From a bacterium (lineage in GTDB: Bacteria; Sysuimicrobiota; Sysuimicrobiia; Sysuimicrobiales; Segetimicrobiaceae): a stretch of DNA of 64,000 nt. Both the position numbers and the translations under genes were made by a program. The stretch's first letter is position 1. Each line of letters starts with the position of its first letter. This document shows, in pieces, positions 45,757 through 54,587 of the stretch. The stretch covers positions 11,380-75,379 of the forward strand of contig DASSJF010000005.1 in assembly GCA_035691305.1 (NCBI GenBank), in the 5' to 3' direction. The notes under the pieces are model-generated. The model saw nothing but the letters and a program-made list of their open reading frames with translations. It made no database searches and was not told where the DNA came from.

Positions 45757-47694
45757 TTACGGGATCACGGGCGGGGGCGAACCTTGATCCGGCGGACCGG
45801 TCTGATTGGACGGCGGCGTCTGCGGCGCCGGTCCGGCGGGCGGCGCGGGCCCCTGGCTGACGACCAAGTCGACCGCCTCGTTCGGGGAGGCCTCGGCGCC
45901 GGCCGCCCGGCCCTGACCGATTACGACGCCCGCGGGAGTCCGATCGTCGTACGTGTAGCTGATGCGTCCCGTCCGGAAGCCGGCGGAGCGCAGCGCGGAC
46001 TCCGCCTGCGCGAGCGATGCGCCGGTTACGTTCGGGACGACCGTGGTGTCCGGAGACGGCGCCGGCGCGCCCAGCGGCGTGCCGGAGGGACTCGACGGCT
46101 GATCGGCGCCTCGGCTCACCACGATGTTGATCAATGACTTGGCCCCCAGATGGTCGCCTGGATTCGCGGACTGCGACTGGACCATGCCGGACGGCACGTG
46201 GTCGTCGTGTACGTAGCTCGTGCTGCCGAGCCGCAGTCCGGCGGCCCGCAACTTCCGCGCGGCCGCGTCGGCTGAGACGCCGCGGACATCGGGCACGACC
46301 CCCGACCCCTGGCTGACCACCACGTTGAGCGCCGCGCCCTGCGCGAGCGCGGTTCCCGGGGGCGGATCCTGCGCCAGGATCACGTCCGGGGCCACGGTCC
46401 CGTTCTGTCTGCCCGTGACGGCAAGCCTGATCTTGTTGGACGCCGCGACGTCCTGCGCGGCCGCCAGCGTCCGGCCCACGAGAGCCGGCGCCCGGATGGC
46501 GGCCGCGGTTTGCGCCGCCGGACCGCGACGGTTCGCGGACTGGTAGCCCTGGTAAGCCGCGAAGGCGAAGAACCATAAGCCGACCAACCCGACGAGGACG
46601 ATCGTAAGCTGCGGCGCGATCGCCTGGCGACGGTGCCGCGACGACAAGATCGGCGTTCGTGCGGTGTCCGACAACACGCGCCCGCGACCGAGCGTCGCGA
46701 GACGGGCCGTCGCGTCGCGGGCGATCGCGCCGTCCCGCTCGGCCCCCGCCGCGCGCGGCTGCCCGCCGGCCCGAATCGGCAGCGGGACGGTCTTCGACGC
46801 GTCACGGCCGAGCCGCGCGTAGATCCGCCGGAGGTTCGACGCGAGCTCGGCCGCGCACACCTGGCGCTCCTCCGGCGATTTGACCAGCAGGCGGCGCACC
46901 AGCGCCACGGTGGCTTCGGATAGACCCGGACGGATCCAGTGCAGGTCGTATGGCGGCTCGTGTATGTGCCGCAGCGCCATAGCGACCGGGGTCTCGGCTT
47001 CCTCGAACGGCAGACGTCCGGCCAGCATCTCGTACAGGACGACGCCGAGCGAGTACTGGTCCGACGCCGGGCCCGCCTGCTGCCCGGCCGCCTGCTCGGG
47101 CGAGATGTACTGCGTGGACCCGGGCACGATCCCGGCGCGTGTGTGTGACGTCGAATCGAGCGAACGGGCGATGCCGAAGTCCGCGACCTTGACGTGCTCG
47201 TCCGCCGTCAGGAGGATGTTGTGCGGCTTGATGTCGCGGTGGACGACGCGGCGGGAGTGGGCGTACGCAAGCGCGTCGGCCACTTCTGCCGCGATGCGGA
47301 CCGCGGTTCCCTCCGGAAGCTGCTCCCGCCGGCTCACCAACTCGCGAAGCGTCCCGCCGTCCAAGAACTCCATCGCGATGTAGGGCGTCGAGTCGGCCTC
47401 GCCGTGCCCGTACACTCGCACGATGCGTGGGTGCACGAGCGCGCTCGCCGCCTCCGCCTCCCGGCGAAACCGTTGCCGGAATTCCTCGTCGCGCGCGAGG
47501 TGCTCGGCCGGCACTTTTACGGCGCAGGGACGGTTGTGGGCGCGGTCCCAGGCCCGGTAGACCGTGGCCATGCCGCCGGTGCCGATGACCTCGCGCAACT
47601 CGAACCGTCGGTCGAGCACGCGCGGCTCCCGGCCGCAGGCGCCCGCCCCGGGGAGCGGCCCATCGAACGCCGGCTCGTTGTTGTGGATCGCCAT
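45757..47694 (-). CDS. Ser/Thr protein kinase with three extracellular PASTA domains (PknB-like)
   Basis: 645 aa. Kinase subdomains (GTGGMATVYRA, HRDIKPHNILL, DFGIA), a TM helix, then three PASTA repeats (VVPDVRG..., VVPNVTG...). Confidence 0.9.
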   Translation of the reverse strand: MAIHNNEPAFDGPLPGAGACGREPRVLDRRFELREVIGTGGMATVYRAWDRAHNRPCAVKVPAEHLARDEEFRQRFRREAEAASALVHPRIVRVYGHGEADSTPYIAMEFLDGGTLRELVSRREQLPEGTAVRIAAEVADALAYAHSRRVVHRDIKPHNILLTADEHVKVADFGIARSLDSTSHTRAGIVPGSTQYISPEQAAGQQAGPASDQYSLGVVLYEMLAGRLPFEEAETPVAMALRHIHEPPYDLHWIRPGLSEATVALVRRLLVKSPEERQVCAAELASNLRRIYARLGRDASKTVPLPIRAGGQPRAAGAERDGAIARDATARLATLGRGRVLSDTARTPILSSRHRRQAIAPQLTIVLVGLVGLWFFAFAAYQGYQSANRRGPAAQTAAAIRAPALVGRTLAAAQDVAASNKIRLAVTGRQNGTVAPDVILAQDPPPGTALAQGAALNVVVSQGSGVVPDVRGVSADAAARKLRAAGLRLGSTSYVHDDHVPSGMVQSQSANPGDHLGAKSLINIVVSRGADQPSSPSGTPLGAPAPSPDTTVVPNVTGASLAQAESALRSAGFRTGRISYTYDDRTPAGVVIGQGRAAGAEASPNEAVDLVVSQGPAPPAGPAPQTPPSNQTGPPDQGSPPPVIP

Positions 47695-47726
47695 AGGTTA
47701 CGCCGTCGCTGCGTCGCACATGGCAG

Positions 47727-47750
47727 GCGCAGTGTCTCCTGCGCTTTTTT
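47727..47750 (+). terminator. intrinsic-terminator-like hairpin with T6 tract (GCGCAG-TGTCTC-CTGCGC-TTTTTT), orphan on plus strand
   Basis: Seen at 47727-47750 in the divergent region between the PASTA kinase start and a small plus-strand ORF. No plus-strand gene lies upstream for about 3 kb. Confidence 0.35.
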
Positions 47751-47824
47751 CCCGTTTTGAGGGGTGGCCGTTTGGGCGCGGCGCCCGTCATACGGGGCCG
47801 AGTCCGGGGCAAAATAACCGTGCC

Positions 47825-47995
47825 ATGCGGCTGCCGAACGGAGTGTTGGGTATCGCCGTCGCCGGCGTGCTGATCGTGGGGCTGGCGGCCGATCTGGTCT
47901 TACCCGAGTCGGGCGTCTCGGCGGCGCTCGCGCGGGTGCTGGGGGCCTCGTCGATCGGGTTGGCCGTCTGGACGCTCGCGAAGATCGCGCGCTAG
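47825..47995 (+). CDS. small hydrophobic hypothetical protein (56 aa)
   Basis: MRLPNGVLGIAVAGVLIVGLAADLVLPESGVSAALARVLGASSIGLAVWTLAKIAR, two predicted TM segments. Weak evidence only. Confidence 0.25.
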   Translation: MRLPNGVLGIAVAGVLIVGLAADLVLPESGVSAALARVLGASSIGLAVWTLAKIAR

Positions 47996-48053
47996 TCCGG
48001 CCGCCGTCGCTTCGAGCATTCCCCCCGAAGCACGACGCTCGGTTTGTGAGGCC

Positions 48054-48725
48054 TTACGCTTCCGTGACGATGCCGCGCCGGATCGCGTAGCGGACGAGAT
48101 CGGTCTGGTTGTGCAAGTCCAGTTTGCGCATGAGGTTGGCGCGGTGCACTTCGGCGGTGCGGGGGCTGATGCCGAGGCGCTGGCCGATCGCGCGGTGGCC
48201 GTGTCCTTCCGCGGCGAGGTGAAGTACCTCGCGCTCCCGATTCGTGAGCGTAGCGTACCCATCCGACGGCCCGGGATCGGCAGGGGCGGAGTCGGCGTAC
48301 ACCGCGATCGCACGGCTGGACAGCGAAGGGCTGAGATAACGATGGCCGGCCGCCGCCGCACGCACGGCCTCGACGAGGTGCGCCGACTGCGACGCCTTGA
48401 GCACGTACGCCGCGGCACCGTTGCGAAGCGCTTCCAGCACGTACGGCTCACTCGCGTGCATCGAGAGGATGACCACCTGCGTGTCGGGGTACTCTTTGCG
48501 GACACGGCGTGTGACCTCGAGCCCGGTGATGCCGGGCATCATGAGGTCCGCGATCAGCACGCGGGGCCTCGACTGCGCGACGAGGTCAACGGCTTCGAGG
48601 CCGTCTCCGGCCTCGCCGAGGATTGAAAAATCCGGTTCGGCCTCCAAGACGGCCCGGAGGCCCTGACGGACGACGTGGTGGTCATCCGCGAGGACGATCG
48701 TGACAGGCGTCAGTGCGCTTGTCAC
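48054..48725 (-). CDS. response regulator, LuxR/NarL family
   Basis: 223 aa. Receiver domain (VLADDH...LIADLMMP) plus LuxR helix-turn-helix. Start overlaps the upstream kinase stop. Confidence 0.9.
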   Translation of the reverse strand: MTSALTPVTIVLADDHHVVRQGLRAVLEAEPDFSILGEAGDGLEAVDLVAQSRPRVLIADLMMPGITGLEVTRRVRKEYPDTQVVILSMHASEPYVLEALRNGAAAYVLKASQSAHLVEAVRAAAAGHRYLSPSLSSRAIAVYADSAPADPGPSDGYATLTNREREVLHLAAEGHGHRAIGQRLGISPRTAEVHRANLMRKLDLHNQTDLVRYAIRRGIVTEA

Positions 48726-50929
48726 GGCACCTCGGCGGTCGTGGTAGGCAGCGTGGCGGTGATCCGTGTCCCGGCACCCCGGCCGGTTTCAACGGTCAGG
48801 CGCCCGCCCACGAGCAACGCCCGTTCCTTCATGCCGACAAGACCGTTCGATTCCACGCGACCGGGGTCGAAGCCGCGGCCGCCGTCCTCGACCTCAACCG
48901 ACACCGCACCCCCCACCGCCCAGACGCGCAGCGTCACCTCGGAGACGCCGGCGTGCCGCGCGACGTTGGTCAAAGCTTCCTGTGCGATGCGGTAGGCCGC
49001 CGTCTCGACGCCGGCGCCGAACCGCCGGTTCAGCCCAGATTGAGTGAAGGCGACGCCGACGCCGGTCTGTGCCTGGTACCGCTCGACATGCCACTGTAGC
49101 GCGGGCAGCAGCCCGAGATCGTCGAGCACCGCCGGACGCAGCTGCAGCGAGATGTCGTGCACGCGCATCATCAGGTCCGACACGACGTCGCGTGCGTTCT
49201 GCAAGCTCTCCTCCACGCGCCTCTCGGCCTGCACCGGCAGCGCGTCGAGGGTCAGCTTCAGTCCGGTCAGCGCCTGGCCGATCTCATCGTGTAGCTCGCG
49301 CCCGATCCGCCGGCGCTCCGTTTCCTGAATCGCCACAAGGTACGGGATCGCCTCGGAGACCGACGGCGTCGCCTGCGCCGGCGCGTCCACAGACCGCGTC
49401 TCCTCATCGTCCGAGAGAGGCGCCGACGTCCCGCCGCCCACCGGGAGCCGCGATTTCCACGCCTCCCACGCCGGGTTGCCGGCGGGAGCCGCCGCGAGGG
49501 CGGGCTGCGGCCGCATCGACGCGCCGAAGAGTTTGACGAACAACGGCACGGCGTCCGTGGTGGCGATGATCTGCCCGAGCGCCTGCACGATCTTCGGGTC
49601 GTAGTCCCGACCGGCCCGCGCCTGTATCCGCGTGAGCGCGCCTTCGGGCGTGAACGCCGGCCGGTGTGGCCGCGCCGAGCAGAGGTCGTCGTAGGAGTCG
49701 ACGACACGAATGATCCGTGCGCCGACCGGGATCCGATCGTCTTTCAGGCCGTCGGGATACCCGCGTCCGTCGTAGTCTTCGTGGTGGGAGCGTACGCACT
49801 GCGCGACGCGGCCCATGCCGGGCAGCCGCTCGATCACCGCGGCGCCGAGCGCGGGATGCCGTTTTATCAACGCTTCCTGCGCGTCGGACAGCACGTCCGG
49901 CGTCGCTTCGAGGTCGCGCCGCAGCAGCATCATGCCGAGATCGTGCAACTTCGCCGCGAGCCAGACGAGTTCGATTTCAGACTCGGACAGGCCCATCCGC
50001 CGCGCGAGGCGCTCCGCCCACCAGGCGACACGTTCCGACTGCTCGTGCATGAACGGAGACAGCCCCTCGTTCGTCTCGACGAGGGACGAGAGTATCGTCG
50101 TGATCTGCCGCCGTTGCCTGCCGAGCATCCGCGTCTGACCCCAGAAGATCACCAAGACGGAGATCAGCAGCGGGATGACCCAGAACGGGTGGATGGTCGC
50201 GAGCAGCCCGGCCACCGCGCCGAGCAGCAGCGTGACGGCGTACCCGGCGGAGCTCTCTCGCAAAATCTGCAGCCAAAGCTCGAAGGCACCCGTCCGCCTG
50301 CGCAGCGCCGACCACGTCGACACGAGCCAGGTATTGACCAGCATATGGACGAGGCCCGCACCTATCGCGGCGAGCGACAACCTGGCCTGAGCGGGCAGCG
50401 ATCCCAAGTCCGCCCACAGACGGTGGAATAGGATGATGACGAGACTCCACGTCACCACGTACTGCGCCACGTTGAAGATAATCGCGGGAGCGCTGAGCTG
50501 ACGGCGACGCCGGCTGACGAATTGCGCGACGACGGTGCCGGCCGTCGTGGGAATGAGCGCGAGATGCACCGGGAAGCTCAGCAGGATGGCGAACGATGCG
50601 CCGCTGCCGAGTGCGAGGAAGACCTTCCGACCGAGCGGAAGGTGATAGATGCCGCCGAGCGCGACGGCAATCGTGGCGGCGATCAGCAGGGCCGCCACGC
50701 CGGCCGGTGCGCCGGCGGCAACGGTCGGGAGCGCGCCGCGCGCCACCAACGGCGGCGTGAGGTATAGGCCCGCGGCGGCCGCGACCGCCGCGAGGACCAC
50801 GAAGCCTTCGAAGGAACGGCTGGGCGCGGAAGCTCCGGTGAAGAAGCCCCTCGCGCTCTGCGCGTTGGCGGCACCGACCGCCGGTTCGTTACGTGAAGAC
50901 CGGCGACGTAGGTTGCGGATCCGGCTCAT
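48722..50929 (-). CDS. multidomain sensor: 7TM membrane domain - HD-GYP phosphodiesterase domain - HisKA_3/HATPase histidine kinase
   Basis: 735 aa. About 7 N-terminal TM helices. HD-GYP signature (KLHDLGM ... HHEDYDGRGYPDGL). Then RIGRELHDEIGQALTGL H-box and IAQEALTNVARHAG...VEDGGRGFDP ATPase motifs. Confidence 0.8.
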   Translation of the reverse strand: MSRIRNLRRRSSRNEPAVGAANAQSARGFFTGASAPSRSFEGFVVLAAVAAAAGLYLTPPLVARGALPTVAAGAPAGVAALLIAATIAVALGGIYHLPLGRKVFLALGSGASFAILLSFPVHLALIPTTAGTVVAQFVSRRRRQLSAPAIIFNVAQYVVTWSLVIILFHRLWADLGSLPAQARLSLAAIGAGLVHMLVNTWLVSTWSALRRRTGAFELWLQILRESSAGYAVTLLLGAVAGLLATIHPFWVIPLLISVLVIFWGQTRMLGRQRRQITTILSSLVETNEGLSPFMHEQSERVAWWAERLARRMGLSESEIELVWLAAKLHDLGMMLLRRDLEATPDVLSDAQEALIKRHPALGAAVIERLPGMGRVAQCVRSHHEDYDGRGYPDGLKDDRIPVGARIIRVVDSYDDLCSARPHRPAFTPEGALTRIQARAGRDYDPKIVQALGQIIATTDAVPLFVKLFGASMRPQPALAAAPAGNPAWEAWKSRLPVGGGTSAPLSDDEETRSVDAPAQATPSVSEAIPYLVAIQETERRRIGRELHDEIGQALTGLKLTLDALPVQAERRVEESLQNARDVVSDLMMRVHDISLQLRPAVLDDLGLLPALQWHVERYQAQTGVGVAFTQSGLNRRFGAGVETAAYRIAQEALTNVARHAGVSEVTLRVWAVGGAVSVEVEDGGRGFDPGRVESNGLVGMKERALLVGGRLTVETGRGAGTRITATLPTTTAEVP

Positions 50930-51157
50930 CGACTACGCAGCCCCCCCACTTGGGGGTTCTGCCCGCCGCGGAGGCCCCGTAGACTGCCGCGGCACCGCTG
51001 TGGCGCGGCTCCCGCCCAAACTCACGGTACCGGCCCTCGTGCCGGTGTTGCTGGCGGGTCAATCGGGCGCGAATCTGAGGGGCGTCAGGGTACGCACCCC
51101 GATGGGGGTGGGTGCCGGCCGCGGCGCACTACAGAATCGATGTCAAGCGCGCAGCGA

Positions 51158-51180
51158 AACCGGCCGTGTCTCAGGGCCGG
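51158..51180 (-). terminator. 7-bp GC hairpin (ACCGGCC...GGCCGGT) spanning the kce stop codon, followed by UUUCG on the minus strand
   Basis: Inverted repeat read from the sequence. The stop codon lies in the loop. Confidence 0.3.
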
Positions 51181-51959
51181 TCGCTTAGCGCGACGACCTG
51201 CCTGTGGCCGTGACGGCGAACCATCTCCACGGCCGATGCGACCAACTGAGCGTTGTCTCGAGCGCGGCCGCCGCCCACCAGCTGCAGGGTATCCTCCAGG
51301 CCGACCCGGATGTCCCGGTCCACGTTGAGCGCCGCGTCGAGCACCGCCCACGTCGCGACGCCCTCGCCGTGATGCAGCCTGGGGAGCCAAATCTCGGCGC
51401 GATCGAGTTCCGCATCGATGGCCGCCGCATCGTCCAGCGCCCGCGCCGGCTCGAGCGGCCGGGCTTCAACGAGGATGCGCAGCGACCAGGCCGCGAGCCC
51501 GCTCGCGCCGAACGTCCGGGCGTCCTCGACGGACCACAGCCCGGCTTCGATGCCGATCCCGCGGCGAATCAGCGCCGCGCACACGTCGGCGGCGCCGGCT
51601 TCGGAGAAGTTGACCGACGCGAAATCGGGGAGCACCGTCCACGATTCGACGAGCGCAACGCGGGCCCGGGGATCGGGCGCCATCCATGCGCCGGTGCTGA
51701 CCCCCACCGGGACGCCGGGACACGCCGCCCGGATCGCGGCGAGCGCGGCGGCGTGCGCTCCGGCGTCGAGGGTCTCCGCGCCGGCACGATCGCGGGGGTG
51801 GACGTGGAGGGCCGCGGCGCCGGCGGCGACGGCCGCACGCGCATCGCGCGCCGTCTCCTCCGGTGTGAGCGGCACGCCGTCGTGATCGGCGCGCCGCCGG
51901 CCGCCGTTGAGGCAGGCTTTGATGAGAATTGGACGGCCGACGGACTTCGTAGCCGTCAC
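51171..51959 (-). CDS. 3-keto-5-aminohexanoate cleavage enzyme family protein (BKACE/DUF849)
   Basis: 262 aa. GTG start. TIM-barrel BKACE pattern (ILIKACLNG, HVHPRD, VSTGAW). Confidence 0.7.
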   Translation of the reverse strand: MTATKSVGRPILIKACLNGGRRRADHDGVPLTPEETARDARAAVAAGAAALHVHPRDRAGAETLDAGAHAAALAAIRAACPGVPVGVSTGAWMAPDPRARVALVESWTVLPDFASVNFSEAGAADVCAALIRRGIGIEAGLWSVEDARTFGASGLAAWSLRILVEARPLEPARALDDAAAIDAELDRAEIWLPRLHHGEGVATWAVLDAALNVDRDIRVGLEDTLQLVGGGRARDNAQLVASAVEMVRRHGHRQVVALSDRP

Positions 51960-51990
51960 CCCTTTTTCGACGGCCGGTCGATCCGGCTGC

Positions 51991-52275
51991 TTACCCCGCC
52001 CGCTCGACGGCCAAGATCAGGTGGGCTTTTGCCCGCGCGGCATCGGGCAGCAATTCCCACGCGGCCCGCATCCGGGCAAACTGCACCGACGCGGCCGGCG
52101 CCGCCCGGCGCGACAGCCAGACGTCGGATCCGAGCGGCTTTCTCAGATCCCGTCGCGGCAGCACGGGCGCGTAGGGCAGCGATACGTGCGCGTCATCGCA
52201 CTCAGCGCGGCGGAGCGCCGCGTAGGCCGCCTGAAACTCCCGCACCACGCGATCATTCTGAGGTTTCATACACAT
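51991..52275 (-). CDS. hypothetical protein (94 aa)
   Basis: ORF 30 nt upstream of kce on the same strand. No recognisable motifs. Confidence 0.3.
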   Translation of the reverse strand: MCMKPQNDRVVREFQAAYAALRRAECDDAHVSLPYAPVLPRRDLRKPLGSDVWLSRRAAPAASVQFARMRAAWELLPDAARAKAHLILAVERAG

Positions 52276-52432
52276 CGCCTCCGTTGCCTTCCGAAGTCGG
52301 CGCTGCGCCCGCTTCCCGCCTATCGCCGCGCAGCGACGTTCCGATCACGCCAGGATAATTGGGAACACGCCCGTCCCCGGCCTGCGTTCGTCCGCGCCGC
52401 CCCGCGACCATTTCGGACCGGCCCGGCCGCCT

Positions 52433-52467
52433 CGTTTGAGCGATCCGCCCCGCCCGTTTGAGTAATC
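52433..52467 (+). promoter_or_regulatory. tandem direct repeat CCGCC(T)CGTTTGAG(C/T)(G/A)ATC x2 (22-bp spacing) upstream of the orphan response regulator gene; candidate regulator binding sites
   Basis: cgtttgagcgatc (52433-52445) and cgtttgagtaatc (52455-52467). Downstream lie a perfect 10-bp palindrome CACGTACGTG (52507-52516) and a hairpin CGCCGCG-N9-CGCGGCG (52521-52543). Confidence 0.35.
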
Positions 52468-52562
52468 GGCGGGAGATTTGGCGCAAGTGCGACGGCGGTC
52501 TGTCCGCACGTACGTGTGTACGCCGCGTCTGCGAAACGCGGCGCGTGGGCACACCTCACCTG

Positions 52563-53276
52563 ATGGACCATGCCAAGTTCGGCCTGCATGCGCTAAAGCC
52601 GCGCCTTCGGGCCGTGCCGCGCCCGGATCCGATCCGGGTGTTTCTGATCGATCCGCAAGTGCTGCTCCGCCACGGCCTCCGGCTGCTGTTCGGTTCGGAG
52701 GGCGACATCGACATCGTCGGCGAGGCCGGGGCGGCGGCGGGGGCGATCGACGATGTCGCGGCCGCAAAGCCCGACGTCGTCCTGATGGACATTCCGGCGC
52801 CGGCCGCGGACGGGATCGGCGCCATTCGCGCGATCAAAGCCCGCTGCCCGAACGCGCAGGTGCTGGTGCTGACCGCGCAGTCGGACCAGGAAGTGTTTCG
52901 CGAGGCCGCGGCCGCGGGCGCCGTCGGCTACGTGTTGAAAGACATCTCCGCCACGAACCTGTCCAACGCGATTCGCGCCGTGCAGTCGGGCGCCACGATG
53001 ATCAACCCGGTGTTGGCCCGGCAGATGGTCGAGGGTCTCGCCCGGGACGAGGCCGCCGCGGCAGTCGGCGCGCCGCGGCGGCCGCACCGGCTCACCCCGC
53101 GCGAAATCAACATCCTCGTCGAAGTCGCCCTCGGCATGAGCGACAAGGAGATCGCGGTCAAACTGGCCGTGTCCGAGTCGCGCGTCAAGAACTGCCTGCG
53201 CGCGCTGTACAGCCGCCTCGACCTCCGCAACCGCGCGCACGCCGCGGCCTTCGCCGTTCGGAGGGGCCTGGTCTAA
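52563..53276 (+). CDS. response regulator, LuxR/NarL family (orphan; no kinase adjacent)
   Basis: Start at the internal MDHAKF. Receiver (VFLIDPQ...VLMDIPAP) plus LuxR helix-turn-helix (LTPREINILVEVALGMSDKEIA). Confidence 0.85.
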   Translation: MDHAKFGLHALKPRLRAVPRPDPIRVFLIDPQVLLRHGLRLLFGSEGDIDIVGEAGAAAGAIDDVAAAKPDVVLMDIPAPAADGIGAIRAIKARCPNAQVLVLTAQSDQEVFREAAAAGAVGYVLKDISATNLSNAIRAVQSGATMINPVLARQMVEGLARDEAAAAVGAPRRPHRLTPREINILVEVALGMSDKEIAVKLAVSESRVKNCLRALYSRLDLRNRAHAAAFAVRRGLV

Positions 53277-53297
53277 CCGCACCAAAGACTTGGTCCC

Positions 53298-54572
53298 GTG
53301 AACGCGCTGCGCGCGGCCGCGTGGCGATCGATCCCGCGGCCGGACCGGTCCAATGCCGGGATGTGGGCGATCGGGGCCGGCCACGGCATGACGCACGCCT
53401 ACTCCGCGGCGTTCTACGTGCTGCTGCCGTTCCTGGCCAAAGATCTCGGGCTGTCCTACAGCCAGGTCGGCCTGATCATTTCGCTGCGGCAGCTGATGAG
53501 CACCCTCATCAACCTCCCCGCGGGCGCCGTCGTCGACACGATCGGCCGGCGCAGCCTCTTCATGAGCGCGGCGCTCGCGTGGGCGTCCCTACCGTACCTC
53601 GTCGTCGGGCTCACCAAGAGTTACACCGCGATCCTGCTCGCGGTCGGCGTCGTCGGCGCCGGAAGCTTCCTCTGGCATCCCGCGGCAATCACCGCGCTGT
53701 CGGAGATGTATCCGCTCCGCCGGGGCTACGGCCTCGCCCTGCACGAGCTGGGCGCCAACCTCGGCGACACCCTGACTCCGCTGGCCGCGGGACTGCTGTT
53801 GGCCGCGTTCAACTGGCGGCAGGTCATGCTGATCGTGGTCGCCGCGGGCCTGCTGCTGACGCTCGTGATCACGCGCGTCATGAGCCACGCGCACCGCCGG
53901 CACGGCGGCGCCCCGGCCCGCGCGCTGCCGATCCGGGACTACGTGGCCGGCCTCGCGCTGCTCGCCCGCAACGCCAGGCTGCTCGCGCTCGCCATGATCT
54001 CGGGCGTCCGGTCCATGACGCAGCTCGGCCTCAGCACCTTTCTCCCCCTCTACCTGCTGAACGTGCAGCACCTGCCGGCGGCGCTGATCGGCCTCTACCT
54101 CGCCGTCGTCCAAGGGTCGGGCATGATCGCCACGCCGATCGCCGGAACGTTGTCCGATCGCCTCGGGCCGAAGCGGGTCGCGACGATCGGCATGTTCAGC
54201 ACGAGCGTCGCGCTGCTCGGATTCGCGGCCCTCAACCTCGGCCCGGCTTTCGTCGCCGCCCTCGCGGTGCTGGGGTTCTTCACGTACTCGATGCGGCCGG
54301 CGATCTTCCGCTGGGCGATCGCGGTCGTCCCGCGCGAGTACGAGGGCACGGCGGTGGGGATCTTGTTCACGACCCAGGCGTTGCTCCCCACGGCCATACC
54401 GATCATCGGCGGGTATCTGGGCGACCGCTACGGGCTGCTGTCCATCTTCTACGTCATCGCCGCGACAGTGCTTGTGGCCAACGCGGCGCTGCTTTTCGTG
54501 CCGGACGCGAAACGCCCGGCCGCGCAGGCGGCGCCGGGCGTGAAGGCGCTTGACCGCGAGGCCGGTCCGTGA
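53298..54572 (+). CDS. MFS transporter
   Basis: 424 aa, 12 predicted TM helices. MFS loop motif DTIGRR between TM2 and TM3. Confidence 0.85.
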   Translation: MNALRAAAWRSIPRPDRSNAGMWAIGAGHGMTHAYSAAFYVLLPFLAKDLGLSYSQVGLIISLRQLMSTLINLPAGAVVDTIGRRSLFMSAALAWASLPYLVVGLTKSYTAILLAVGVVGAGSFLWHPAAITALSEMYPLRRGYGLALHELGANLGDTLTPLAAGLLLAAFNWRQVMLIVVAAGLLLTLVITRVMSHAHRRHGGAPARALPIRDYVAGLALLARNARLLALAMISGVRSMTQLGLSTFLPLYLLNVQHLPAALIGLYLAVVQGSGMIATPIAGTLSDRLGPKRVATIGMFSTSVALLGFAALNLGPAFVAALAVLGFFTYSMRPAIFRWAIAVVPREYEGTAVGILFTTQALLPTAIPIIGGYLGDRYGLLSIFYVIAATVLVANAALLFVPDAKRPAAQAAPGVKALDREAGP

Positions 54573-54587
54573 GATGGTAAGGCGATC

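Noticed and set aside
51121-51150. Perfect TTGACA hexamer on the minus strand downstream of kce
   Set aside because: There is no acceptable -10 element at 16-19 nt spacing, so it was not called as a promoter for the HD-GYP kinase gene.
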